Below, piece by piece: positions 56,529 through 64,000 of a stretch of 64,000 nt of DNA. The stretch covers positions 32,001-96,000 of the forward strand of contig JBMORA010000027.1 in assembly GCA_049320885.1 (NCBI GenBank), in the 5' to 3' direction. The first letter of the stretch is position 1. Each line of letters begins with the position of its first letter. Source of the DNA: Thermodesulfobacteriota bacterium (GTDB lineage Bacteria; Desulfobacterota; Desulfobacteria; Desulfobacterales; SURF-7). Position numbers and translations under genes: made by a program. The notes under the pieces were generated by a model. It was not told where the DNA came from. It searched no databases and worked only from the letters and a program-made list of their open reading frames with translations.

Positions 56529-58256
56529 TTACGCCGCGGCCCAGATCAGCGTCAGGAGTCCCGCCAGCACGAAAGTCGATTCCACCAGAAACGCCAGCCG
56601 GATGCCGCCGGCCAGGGCTCCGCGCTCATGGGCCAGGATAATGCCGAACATGACGGCGGGAATCATTCCCAGAACAATGCCCAGCGAGGAGATGAAACCG
56701 AGCCCGACCGCGGCGCAGAGAATCACCGCGAGCCCCATGGCCGTGTATTTCAGCAGGGTTCTGGTGCGCTCCTCCCCCAAAAAAAGCGGAATGGTTTCCC
56801 GGCCGACGATCCGGTCCCCCTGCATATCGAGGATATCGAAAAAGGCCGTCCGGATGAACACCATACCTGCGGACCAGACAAGGGCAAAAACGGTGGCCGG
56901 ATACATGCGGCCGCTGATGGACAAGGCCGGCAGCAGGGCGGTGACGATCCCCCAGGCCAGGACAATGAGCACGGTCTTGGAGCCCGGGATGTCCTTGATG
57001 GAGCGGAAGGCCCTGGTCGAACGCCAGCCCGACCAGATCCGGACATTATACAACCCCCCCAGAACGCTCATGGCCAGCAAGACGAAAAAGGGCAGCGGTC
57101 CCATGGTGAAACCGATGGCCAGCCCGGCCGCGCCGGCAGCGGCGGCCATCAGGGTGAGGGCCACATGATGGTCCTCGTAAAAAGCGGCCCGATCCGGATC
57201 GTTATACCGGTCCGATTGACGTCCGGTGAGATGGTTGAAGGTGTGCATGGAAAGGATGTACAGGCATGCGATGAGCAGGGGCAGCAACTGCTCGCCCATG
57301 TTCTGGAGCTGGGTCGCCGTATAGGTCAGGCTTCCGGCCCCCAGGGCGATATAGAGGTTGCTGAACAGCAGCAACCGTTGCAGCGGATACAGCATCCGCC
57401 TTCGGCGCCGCTCTTTTTCAAAGGCCAGGGATTCCACCCGGCGGAAAACCCGGTTGATGATCCAGTTGGGCGTCGACGCACCCGCCGTGATGCCCACGGA
57501 GCGAATCGACGCCAGACATTTGGGATCGATATCCTCCTCGGTCTCGATGTGGTAGGCCGGCTTTCCGGTCTCCCGGGCCACTTCCGCCAGGCGTTGCGTG
57601 TTGCCGCTGTTGTATCCCCCCACCACGATCATCGCATCCACGGTTTGCGACAGCCGGTCGACCTCCGCCTGGCGTTTGTCCGTCGAATCGCAGATGGTGT
57701 TGAATATCCGATACTGGGGGTGACGGCGGGCGGCCCAGTCTTTCACCTGCTCGAAAAACTTCGTGTTCTGGGTGGTCTGGGCCACGATGATGGCCTGCTC
57801 GAACACCGGAAGGGCGTTCAGGGCCTCCAGGCTGTCGACCACATGACCTTTTTCTCCCGCGTAGCCCAGCAGCCCCACCACTTCCGGATGATCCCGATCT
57901 CCGATGATAATGACGGCAAAACCGCGCACAGCATGCTTGCGGATGATGGTCTGGACTTTAATGACCCGGGGGCAGGTGGCGTCGATAACCGTAAAGCCGG
58001 CGCGGGTCAAGGTTTCCTTGGTTTCCGGCGGAACGCCGTGGGCCCGGATCAGGATGGTGCCGTTGCCTTTTTCCGGAATCCGGTCCACGACGAAAATCCC
58101 CTTCTCCTCCAACAGCCTCAAGACCTGAGGATTGTGGATGAGGGGACCGTAGGAACAGATCGGCTCGCTCGTATTGTTGGAGGCGTCCAGGGACATTTCC
58201 ACGGCCCGTCGAACGCCCATGCAGAATCCAGCGGTTTTGGCGACAACGATTTTCAT
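56529..58256 (-). CDS. ispH: IspH (HMBPP reductase) fused to a UbiA-like membrane domain
   Basis: AGFCMGV, DATCP, NTIC, SGNT, TAGASTP, followed by a multi-TM domain with DRYNDPDR and DILDMQGD motifs. Confidence 0.9.
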   Translation of the reverse strand: MKIVVAKTAGFCMGVRRAVEMSLDASNNTSEPICSYGPLIHNPQVLRLLEEKGIFVVDRIPEKGNGTILIRAHGVPPETKETLTRAGFTVIDATCPRVIKVQTIIRKHAVRGFAVIIIGDRDHPEVVGLLGYAGEKGHVVDSLEALNALPVFEQAIIVAQTTQNTKFFEQVKDWAARRHPQYRIFNTICDSTDKRQAEVDRLSQTVDAMIVVGGYNSGNTQRLAEVARETGKPAYHIETEEDIDPKCLASIRSVGITAGASTPNWIINRVFRRVESLAFEKERRRRRMLYPLQRLLLFSNLYIALGAGSLTYTATQLQNMGEQLLPLLIACLYILSMHTFNHLTGRQSDRYNDPDRAAFYEDHHVALTLMAAAAGAAGLAIGFTMGPLPFFVLLAMSVLGGLYNVRIWSGWRSTRAFRSIKDIPGSKTVLIVLAWGIVTALLPALSISGRMYPATVFALVWSAGMVFIRTAFFDILDMQGDRIVGRETIPLFLGEERTRTLLKYTAMGLAVILCAAVGLGFISSLGIVLGMIPAVMFGIILAHERGALAGGIRLAFLVESTFVLAGLLTLIWAAA

Positions 58257-58284
58257 TTGGCTCGCATGCCGGGAGCGGGGCGCA

Positions 58285-58476
58285 TCATTCCAGCGGCTGC
58301 AGATACACGTTGTGATCCACCAGGGCCAGGGAGTGGATCCGGGCCTTGATGAATTTCTGCTCGCCGAAAATACTGACCAGACGCACACCGTCTCCTTCCG
58401 GTGAAACGGTGTCCACCGATTCCATGATCAGCTGATTCCCCTTTTCATTCATCAGATAGGCATTCGCTTCGCACAT
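58285..58476 (-). CDS. CooT-family nickel-binding protein
   Basis: MCEANAY...IMESVD...SIFGEQK...LVDH. Confidence 0.85.
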   Translation of the reverse strand: MCEANAYLMNEKGNQLIMESVDTVSPEGDGVRLVSIFGEQKFIKARIHSLALVDHNVYLQPLE

Positions 58477-58524
58477 GTTTCATTTCCCTTGCAAAAGGGT
58501 TGCGGTCTTCCCGCAACCGGTTTT

Positions 58525-58965
58525 TCACGGCGCCGGCATGGTTTTTCCGGATGGCCCGGATAGCCTCAGAAGTTTCTCGATCAGCGCCTCGATGAGATGG
58601 GGCAGCGGCATGTCCGGCACCCCCGCCACGGTTACATTTTCCTGGGAAAGCGGCAGGATGATTTTCTCGGCGGGACTGCTGGCCACGGCTTCGGCCATCC
58701 GGGGCGTAACCTCGCCCATCATGGCATGGGCCATGAGGATGCCGATGGGGCAGATGATCACGTCCACCCGGGAACTGGTTCTGACAATGGCGTTCTCCCC
58801 CGAAGCCCCCCGATTCGCCCTGGCCTTCAACATCTGCGCGGTGGCGATGGCATTGGTGCCGAGAGCGATGATCTCGATTTCTTCTCCGGCGGTCTCCCGC
58901 AGTTTTTTGATCACGGCGCCGCCGATCCCGCCGCCCTGACCGTCGATCACGCATATCCGCTTCAT
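58525..58965 (-). CDS. DUF3842-family protein
   Basis: VIDGQGGGIG, LGTNAIAT, GASGENA, GEVTP.MA. Confidence 0.85.
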   Translation of the reverse strand: MKRICVIDGQGGGIGGAVIKKLRETAGEEIEIIALGTNAIATAQMLKARANRGASGENAIVRTSSRVDVIICPIGILMAHAMMGEVTPRMAEAVASSPAEKIILPLSQENVTVAGVPDMPLPHLIEALIEKLLRLSGPSGKTMPAP

Positions 58966-59046
58966 GGTGCGTATTTCCTTTGCCGCCTGTCCGCCCGTCC
59001 GACCCGCCGCCGGGCCATGGTTCCGGAAGCGGGTGTCACACCGGCG

Positions 59047-59574
59047 TTACAGTTTTTTCAGTTTCACCTGATTCCGGCGTTCCCGCTTCGACCGCCTGCG
59101 CTGGGGTCCTTTCTTCCGGGTGGTCGGTTCCCAGCCGTTTTCCTCTTCCCCTTCCGCAACCGCCCCTTTGACGGCCGAATAGGAGGCCATGGCGAGCCGG
59201 TTTTCGAATTCCTCGGACGAAATCACCGCTGCCTGGCAGGTTTCCGCAAACCGCGTGATTTCCCTGTCCGAACTCACCACCAGCGCCCGTTCCTTTTCCC
59301 GGGCGAGCATGCGTTTGATCACCTCATCCGCGGATTCTCCCCGGCGGGAAAAGCGGATTCCGATCCCTTTCGCCCGGAGTTGCGGTTCAATAAAATCCGG
59401 CGCGCCGGCGGCGTCAAAAACCACCGTAATGGCATGCGGCCTGATTTTTTTATAGGCCGAAAGCATGTCGATCAGGGCTTCCCTGCCGAGCTGCATATCC
59501 TGTTGATCCAGGGAAGCGAGGGCCTGGGACTGACGAATCAGGTTGTAGCCGTCTATAATGATGTGGACCGACAT
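59047..59574 (-). CDS. NYN-domain (YacP-like) RNase
   Basis: IIDGYNL, VVFD, SADEVI, VVSSDRE. Confidence 0.88.
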   Translation of the reverse strand: MSVHIIIDGYNLIRQSQALASLDQQDMQLGREALIDMLSAYKKIRPHAITVVFDAAGAPDFIEPQLRAKGIGIRFSRRGESADEVIKRMLAREKERALVVSSDREITRFAETCQAAVISSEEFENRLAMASYSAVKGAVAEGEEENGWEPTTRKKGPQRRRSKRERRNQVKLKKL

Positions 59575-59602
59575 GGTGGCATCAGGCGCCGATTCGGAGA
59601 CA

Positions 59603-60508
59603 TCAGTCTTTCTTCAGCAGCATGAGCAGACGATCGAGATCGTCGTTGCTGTAAAACTCGATTTCGAGTTTGCCCTTTTGCCCCTGTCGTTTGATGAGGA
59701 TCTTGGTTCCGAAATGGCGCGACAGTTCCTCGGCAAGGCTTTCGAAATAGATTTCATCCGAACTTTTCGACGGCGCCGGGCGCTTCTCCTTTTCTTTTTT
59801 CAACCGTTTGATCAAGGCTTCGGTTTCGCGCACCGACAGCTCCTTGCCGACCACCACCTGCCATGCCGCCAGTTGTTGGGCCGCGGTTTCAACCCCCAGC
59901 AGGGCCCGGGCATGGCCCATGCTGATCCGCCCTTCCGACAGGCTCTTCTTGATCGGCTCCGGCAGCTGGACCAGACGCAGGAAATTGGCCACCGCCGACC
60001 GGCTTTTTCCCACTTTCCCCGCCACCTGGTCCTGGGTCAGATGGAACTCGTTCATCAGCCGCCGAAACGCCTCCGCCTCCTCCATGGGATTCAGGTTCTC
60101 CCGCTGAATGTTCTCGACGATGGACAATTCCAGCAATTCCGTGTCCGGAACATTCCGGACCACCACGGGCACCTGACGCAGCCCGGCCATTCGGGAAGCC
60201 CGCAACCGGCGTTCACCGGCGATCAACTCATAGCCGGTATCGGCCTTGCGGACGATCAGGGGTTGGAGGATCCCCTGGGTCTGAATCGATTGTTTCAGCT
60301 CGGCCAGTTCTTCCTCGGAAAAACGGATCCGGGGTTGAAAGGGGTTGGGGCGGATCAGGTCCACGTCGCATTGGAAAAAATCCTTCGCCGTCTGCTGGTC
60401 CATTTCGCCAATATCCGGAAACAGGGCGTCAAGCCCTCTGCCCAGAGCCACTTTTTTCTGTCCTTTCGGGTGGATTTCATTTTTACGGATCGTCATCGGC
60501 CTCGGCAT
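59603..60508 (-). CDS. parB: Chromosome partitioning protein ParB
   Basis: ALGRGL, PNPFQPR, IAGERRLRA, ENIQRENL, HTH. Confidence 0.95.
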   Translation of the reverse strand: MPRPMTIRKNEIHPKGQKKVALGRGLDALFPDIGEMDQQTAKDFFQCDVDLIRPNPFQPRIRFSEEELAELKQSIQTQGILQPLIVRKADTGYELIAGERRLRASRMAGLRQVPVVVRNVPDTELLELSIVENIQRENLNPMEEAEAFRRLMNEFHLTQDQVAGKVGKSRSAVANFLRLVQLPEPIKKSLSEGRISMGHARALLGVETAAQQLAAWQVVVGKELSVRETEALIKRLKKEKEKRPAPSKSSDEIYFESLAEELSRHFGTKILIKRQGQKGKLEIEFYSNDDLDRLLMLLKKD

Positions 60509-60527
60509 CCTGATTACAATTCAGCGT

Positions 60528-61304
60528 TCACGGGTGAGTGCGCCGTTGGTTCTTCATCAACTCCCTGGCCAGGCCCATATAGCTGGTCGCCCCCACGGAA
60601 GCGGCGTCATGCAGCAGAATCGGTTTGCCGAAACTGGGGGCTTCCCCCAACCGGACATTGCGGGGGATTCTGGTTTTAAACACCAGCTCCTTGAAATGTT
60701 TTTCCGCATTATCGGCCACCTGGGACGACAGGTTGGTGCGTTTGTCATACATGGTCAGCAGGATACCGGCGATTTTCAGATCCGGATTGAGCTGCTGTTT
60801 TATACGCCTGATGGTCTGCATCAACTGCCCCAGCCCCTCCAGGGCGTAAAATTCGCTCTGGAGCGGAATCAATACCGTATCGGCCGCCGTCATGGCGTTC
60901 AGGGTCAGCAGACTGAGGGAGGGCGGGCAGTCCAGCACCACATACTCATACTCGCCGTTCACCCCCCGCAACAGGTTTTTCAGACACCTTTCCCGGGACG
61001 GATCGGCCATCATTTCCACTTCGAAGCCGATCAGTTCCACCCGGGACGGAATCACCCGCAGGTCCGGTATACCGCTTTCTACAATGATATCGTTTAGTTC
61101 GGATATACCGAGCATGCCATGGTACAGGGTCCGCTCCAGCATGCCCTTGTCGATGCCCACGCCGGTGGTGGCGTTGGCCTGGGGATCGCAATCCACCAGC
61201 AGGGTCCGCTTGGACGACATGGCCAGGGCGGCCGACAGGTTGATCGCCGTCGTGGTCTTGCCCACACCGCCTTTCTGGTTGGCTATACAGATAATTTGTG
61301 TCAT
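60528..61304 (-). CDS. parA: Chromosome partitioning ATPase ParA/Soj
   Basis: NQKGGVGKTT, DPQANAT, DCPPSL, IPRNVRLGEAPS. Confidence 0.95.
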   Translation of the reverse strand: MTQIICIANQKGGVGKTTTAINLSAALAMSSKRTLLVDCDPQANATTGVGIDKGMLERTLYHGMLGISELNDIIVESGIPDLRVIPSRVELIGFEVEMMADPSRERCLKNLLRGVNGEYEYVVLDCPPSLSLLTLNAMTAADTVLIPLQSEFYALEGLGQLMQTIRRIKQQLNPDLKIAGILLTMYDKRTNLSSQVADNAEKHFKELVFKTRIPRNVRLGEAPSFGKPILLHDAASVGATSYMGLARELMKNQRRTHP

Positions 61305-61417
61305 AATCGGTTGCTCTACCATAAAATAACCGCTTTGAAAAGAACCTAAGATCCTGGTTCAGCCCGGCCAACCCGGAAGAGCGGTTCTGGACGTTATTGA
61401 ACAGGAAACGGGCATAT

Positions 61418-62839
61418 ATGAAATTGTTCCGGATAACACCCCTGTCGGCGATCTTCCTCTTTACCGCCATCATCATGCTCTGCCGGCCGGCCTCCGCCAT
61501 GACGGTCAAGGAAGAGGAAGAAATGTCCCATGAATTCATGCGGATGGCTGTCAGCCATTACCAGCTCATCGAAGACCCCATGATCAACGATTACGTCAAA
61601 CGGGTCGGCAGGAAAATCATCGCCGTCATGCCGCCCCAGCCCTTCACCTTTCATTTTTATGTCGTCCAGGAAGATGTGTACAATGCCTTTGCCGGACCTG
61701 CCGGCCATATTTTCCTGCATAGCGGACTGCTGGAAGCTCTCAGTGGAGAGGATGAACTCGCCGGCATCCTGGCCCATGAAATCTCCCATGTTTCCTGCCG
61801 ACACTTATCCGACATGATTAAAAAATCAAAACAAACGACCCTGGCCACCCTGGCCGGAGTCGCCGCGGGCATTTTTCTGGGAGCCGGCGGGGCCGCGGCG
61901 GCGGGCTCCGCCGTCACCATCGGCTCCATGGCCGCCGGCCAGTCTCTCAGTCTGGCCTACAGTCGGGAAAACGAAATCCAGGCGGATCAGAACGCCCTGC
62001 AATATCTGGCCAAAGCCGGGTACTCCGCTTCCGGTCTGCTGGAAAGCCTGAAAACCATCCGCGCCAAAACCTGGTTTGGAACCGACGAGGTGCCCTCCTA
62101 CCTCATGACCCATCCGGCGGTGGATGACCGCATCACCTATATCGGCTCATGGGTCACGGCCCATGAAACAGGGCCGCACCAGCCTTCGGACCAATCCCGG
62201 AACGATTTCTCCCGGATGAAAACCCGACTGCTCGCCCGCTACGGCGACAAGCAGGCGGTTTTGAATAAATTCGCCGAGGACAGCCGGAAGCATCCGGAAT
62301 CCGCCATGATTCAATATGGCTATGGGTTGGCGCTGGCCAGAAACGGCCAACACAAGGAGGCCATTGCCCATCTCCGCAACGCGCTGGAGAAAAAGCCGTT
62401 TGATCCTTACATCGTCCAAGAATTGGGCCGGATCTATTTTCTCGAAGGGCAGTACGAAAAAGCCCTCGCCATGCTGGGCACCAACAGTCCGTCCCAGCCC
62501 TTCGATCCTGAAAGCCGTGTTTACCTGGGCCGGACCCAGGCGGCCCTTTCCCTGTATTCCGAGGCCATCGCCACCCTGGAAGAAGTCACGGCCCAGAAGC
62601 CGGATTACGTCATGACCTATTATTATCTAGGCGAAATACACGGGAAGGAGGGCCGACTCGGCAACGCCCATTATTATCTGGGAATTTACTACCGCAAAAA
62701 GGAAGATTATCTCAATGCCGATTTCCATCTCAAGACGGCCGTGAAACAATTGACGGATCCGGCCCTGATCCGCGAGGCCGAGAAACTGCTCAACGAGGTC
62801 CGGCAGATGGAAGCCATGGGGATGACGGGCATGTTTTGA
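61418..62839 (+). CDS. M48 metalloprotease with TPR repeats (BepA-like)
   Basis: Signal peptide, NAFA, AHEISH, YSRENE..AD, THP, C-terminal TPRs. Confidence 0.9.
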   Translation: MKLFRITPLSAIFLFTAIIMLCRPASAMTVKEEEEMSHEFMRMAVSHYQLIEDPMINDYVKRVGRKIIAVMPPQPFTFHFYVVQEDVYNAFAGPAGHIFLHSGLLEALSGEDELAGILAHEISHVSCRHLSDMIKKSKQTTLATLAGVAAGIFLGAGGAAAAGSAVTIGSMAAGQSLSLAYSRENEIQADQNALQYLAKAGYSASGLLESLKTIRAKTWFGTDEVPSYLMTHPAVDDRITYIGSWVTAHETGPHQPSDQSRNDFSRMKTRLLARYGDKQAVLNKFAEDSRKHPESAMIQYGYGLALARNGQHKEAIAHLRNALEKKPFDPYIVQELGRIYFLEGQYEKALAMLGTNSPSQPFDPESRVYLGRTQAALSLYSEAIATLEEVTAQKPDYVMTYYYLGEIHGKEGRLGNAHYYLGIYYRKKEDYLNADFHLKTAVKQLTDPALIREAEKLLNEVRQMEAMGMTGMF

Positions 62840-62898
62840 CGTCCGCGCTGGCGAAGAAGGACCGGCGGCAACTCCGCCGCCGGGAATCCGGGACAGCT

Positions 62899-64000
62899 CT
62901 AGTTGCTGTCGAAATGGGAAAAATGCATGGTGAACGTTCCGCGTCCCTGGGTGGCGGATCGCAAGGATGTGGAATACCCGAACATCCGGGAGAGGGGCAC
63001 CACCGCCTTGATCAGCTGGATGCCGGTTTTGGGATGGATGGACTCGATTTTCCCCTTGCGCGCATTCAAATCCCCGATCACTTCTCCCATGAACGTCTCC
63101 GGAACGAATATCTCCACATCCATAATGGGCTCCAGAAGATAGGGTCCGCCCTTGGACAGGGCCTCCTTGCAGGCCATGGACGCGCTCACCTTGTACGCCA
63201 GGGGCGTACCCTGGGAGTCCTTGTAGGACCCACCCACCAGGGTCGCCGCCACATCCACCACCGGGTATCCCATCAACGATCCGCTTTCGAAAGACTCCAT
63301 GACGCCGGCCTGGATGGCGGGGATAAAACTTTCCGGTATCGCCTCGGGGGCCGCAACGGAAGTAAATTGATTTCCGGAACCCCTGGGCAGGGGACGCAAC
63401 CGGAGGGAAACTTCCCCGAAATGCTTCTGCCCGCCGACCTCGCGGTCGAACACCATGGTGGCTTCGGATTCCGCGGCAATGGTTTCGCGATACACCACCT
63501 GGGGTTTGCCCACATTCACGCTGGTATTGAACTCCCGCTGCATCCGGCTGATGATGATCTCCAGGTGCAGTTCCCCCATACCGGACAGAATGGTCTGCCC
63601 GGTATCCTCATCCTCCTTGACCTGCAGGGTGGGGTCTTCGGCCATGAACTTTTCCAGCACCTGTTTCAGTTTTTCCTGGTCGCCATGGGTTTTGGGTTCC
63701 ACGGCCATGGAAATCACCGGCTCGTAGAATTCCATTTTCTCCAGCAGCACCGGCCGGTCCATACTGCACAGGGTTTCGCCGGTGGAGGAATCCTTGAGTC
63801 CGACCACGCCGACAATGCTGCCGGCGCCGGCTTCCTCGATCCGCTCTTTTTTATTGGCATGCATTTTCAGGATACGGGAAAGCTTTTCCCTGGTCTTCCG
63901 GGCCGGATTGTAAACCTCCTCGCCGGCCTTCATCCGGCCGCTGTAAACCCGGACAAAGGACAGCTTGCGACCCTCCATCATGGCGACCTTGAAAATCAGC
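62899..64000 (-). CDS. fusA: Elongation factor G, C-terminal part (partial; probably a stand-alone paralog)
   Basis: SGMGELHLEI, GKPQVVYRE, LLEPIM, GYSTSLRSATQGRG; not followed by tuf. Confidence 0.9.
   Translation of the reverse strand, partial: LIFKVAMMEGRKLSFVRVYSGRMKAGEEVYNPARKTREKLSRILKMHANKKERIEEAGAGSIVGVVGLKDSSTGETLCSMDRPVLLEKMEFYEPVISMAVEPKTHGDQEKLKQVLEKFMAEDPTLQVKEDEDTGQTILSGMGELHLEIIISRMQREFNTSVNVGKPQVVYRETIAAESEATMVFDREVGGQKHFGEVSLRLRPLPRGSGNQFTSVAAPEAIPESFIPAIQAGVMESFESGSLMGYPVVDVAATLVGGSYKDSQGTPLAYKVSASMACKEALSKGGPYLLEPIMDVEIFVPETFMGEVIGDLNARKGKIESIHPKTGIQLIKAVVPLSRMFGYSTSLRSATQGRGTFTMHFSHFDSN

Noticed and set aside
59603..61400. parS site or oriC near parAB
   Set aside because: No TGTTTCACGTGAAACA-like palindrome, DnaA-box cluster or dnaA/gidA gene was seen.

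Overview
GC-rich chromosome segment from an anaerobic deltaproteobacterium; the gene set (Hdr-like Fe-S proteins, selB, iorAB, GTP-PEPCK, IspH-UbiA, CooT) suggests Desulfobacterales, by inference. Housekeeping and metabolic genes occupy about 1-13.3 kb and 33.6-64 kb. The accessory zone starts at a tRNA-His/tRNA-Arg(UCG) pair. A 12.3-kb element bounded by a perfect 49-bp direct repeat of the tRNA-Arg 3' half (13281-13329 and 25550-25598) encodes a tyrosine integrase, an overlapping Xis-like ORF and a Rep_trans-type rolling-circle initiator. Inside it is an array of five integron gene cassettes with clear attC sites but no integron integrase. The cargo is a two-gene Eco57I/AcuI-like type IIG R-M system carried as one 4.7-kb cassette, a HEPN-motif protein, a TPR protein and two unknown proteins. 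The outer junctions (G|TT and G|AT) suggest the array entered a non-canonical GWT site just upstream of an element gene. Further right are a group II intron 3'-end remnant, a Tat sulfatase, an IS5 fragment, a Y1/RAYT transposase with perfect 19-bp terminal inverted repeats, Fic and HipBA. An in-frame UGA followed by a SECIS-like hairpin marks a probable selenoprotein at about 449-1660. All family calls come from motifs read by eye; no searches were run.
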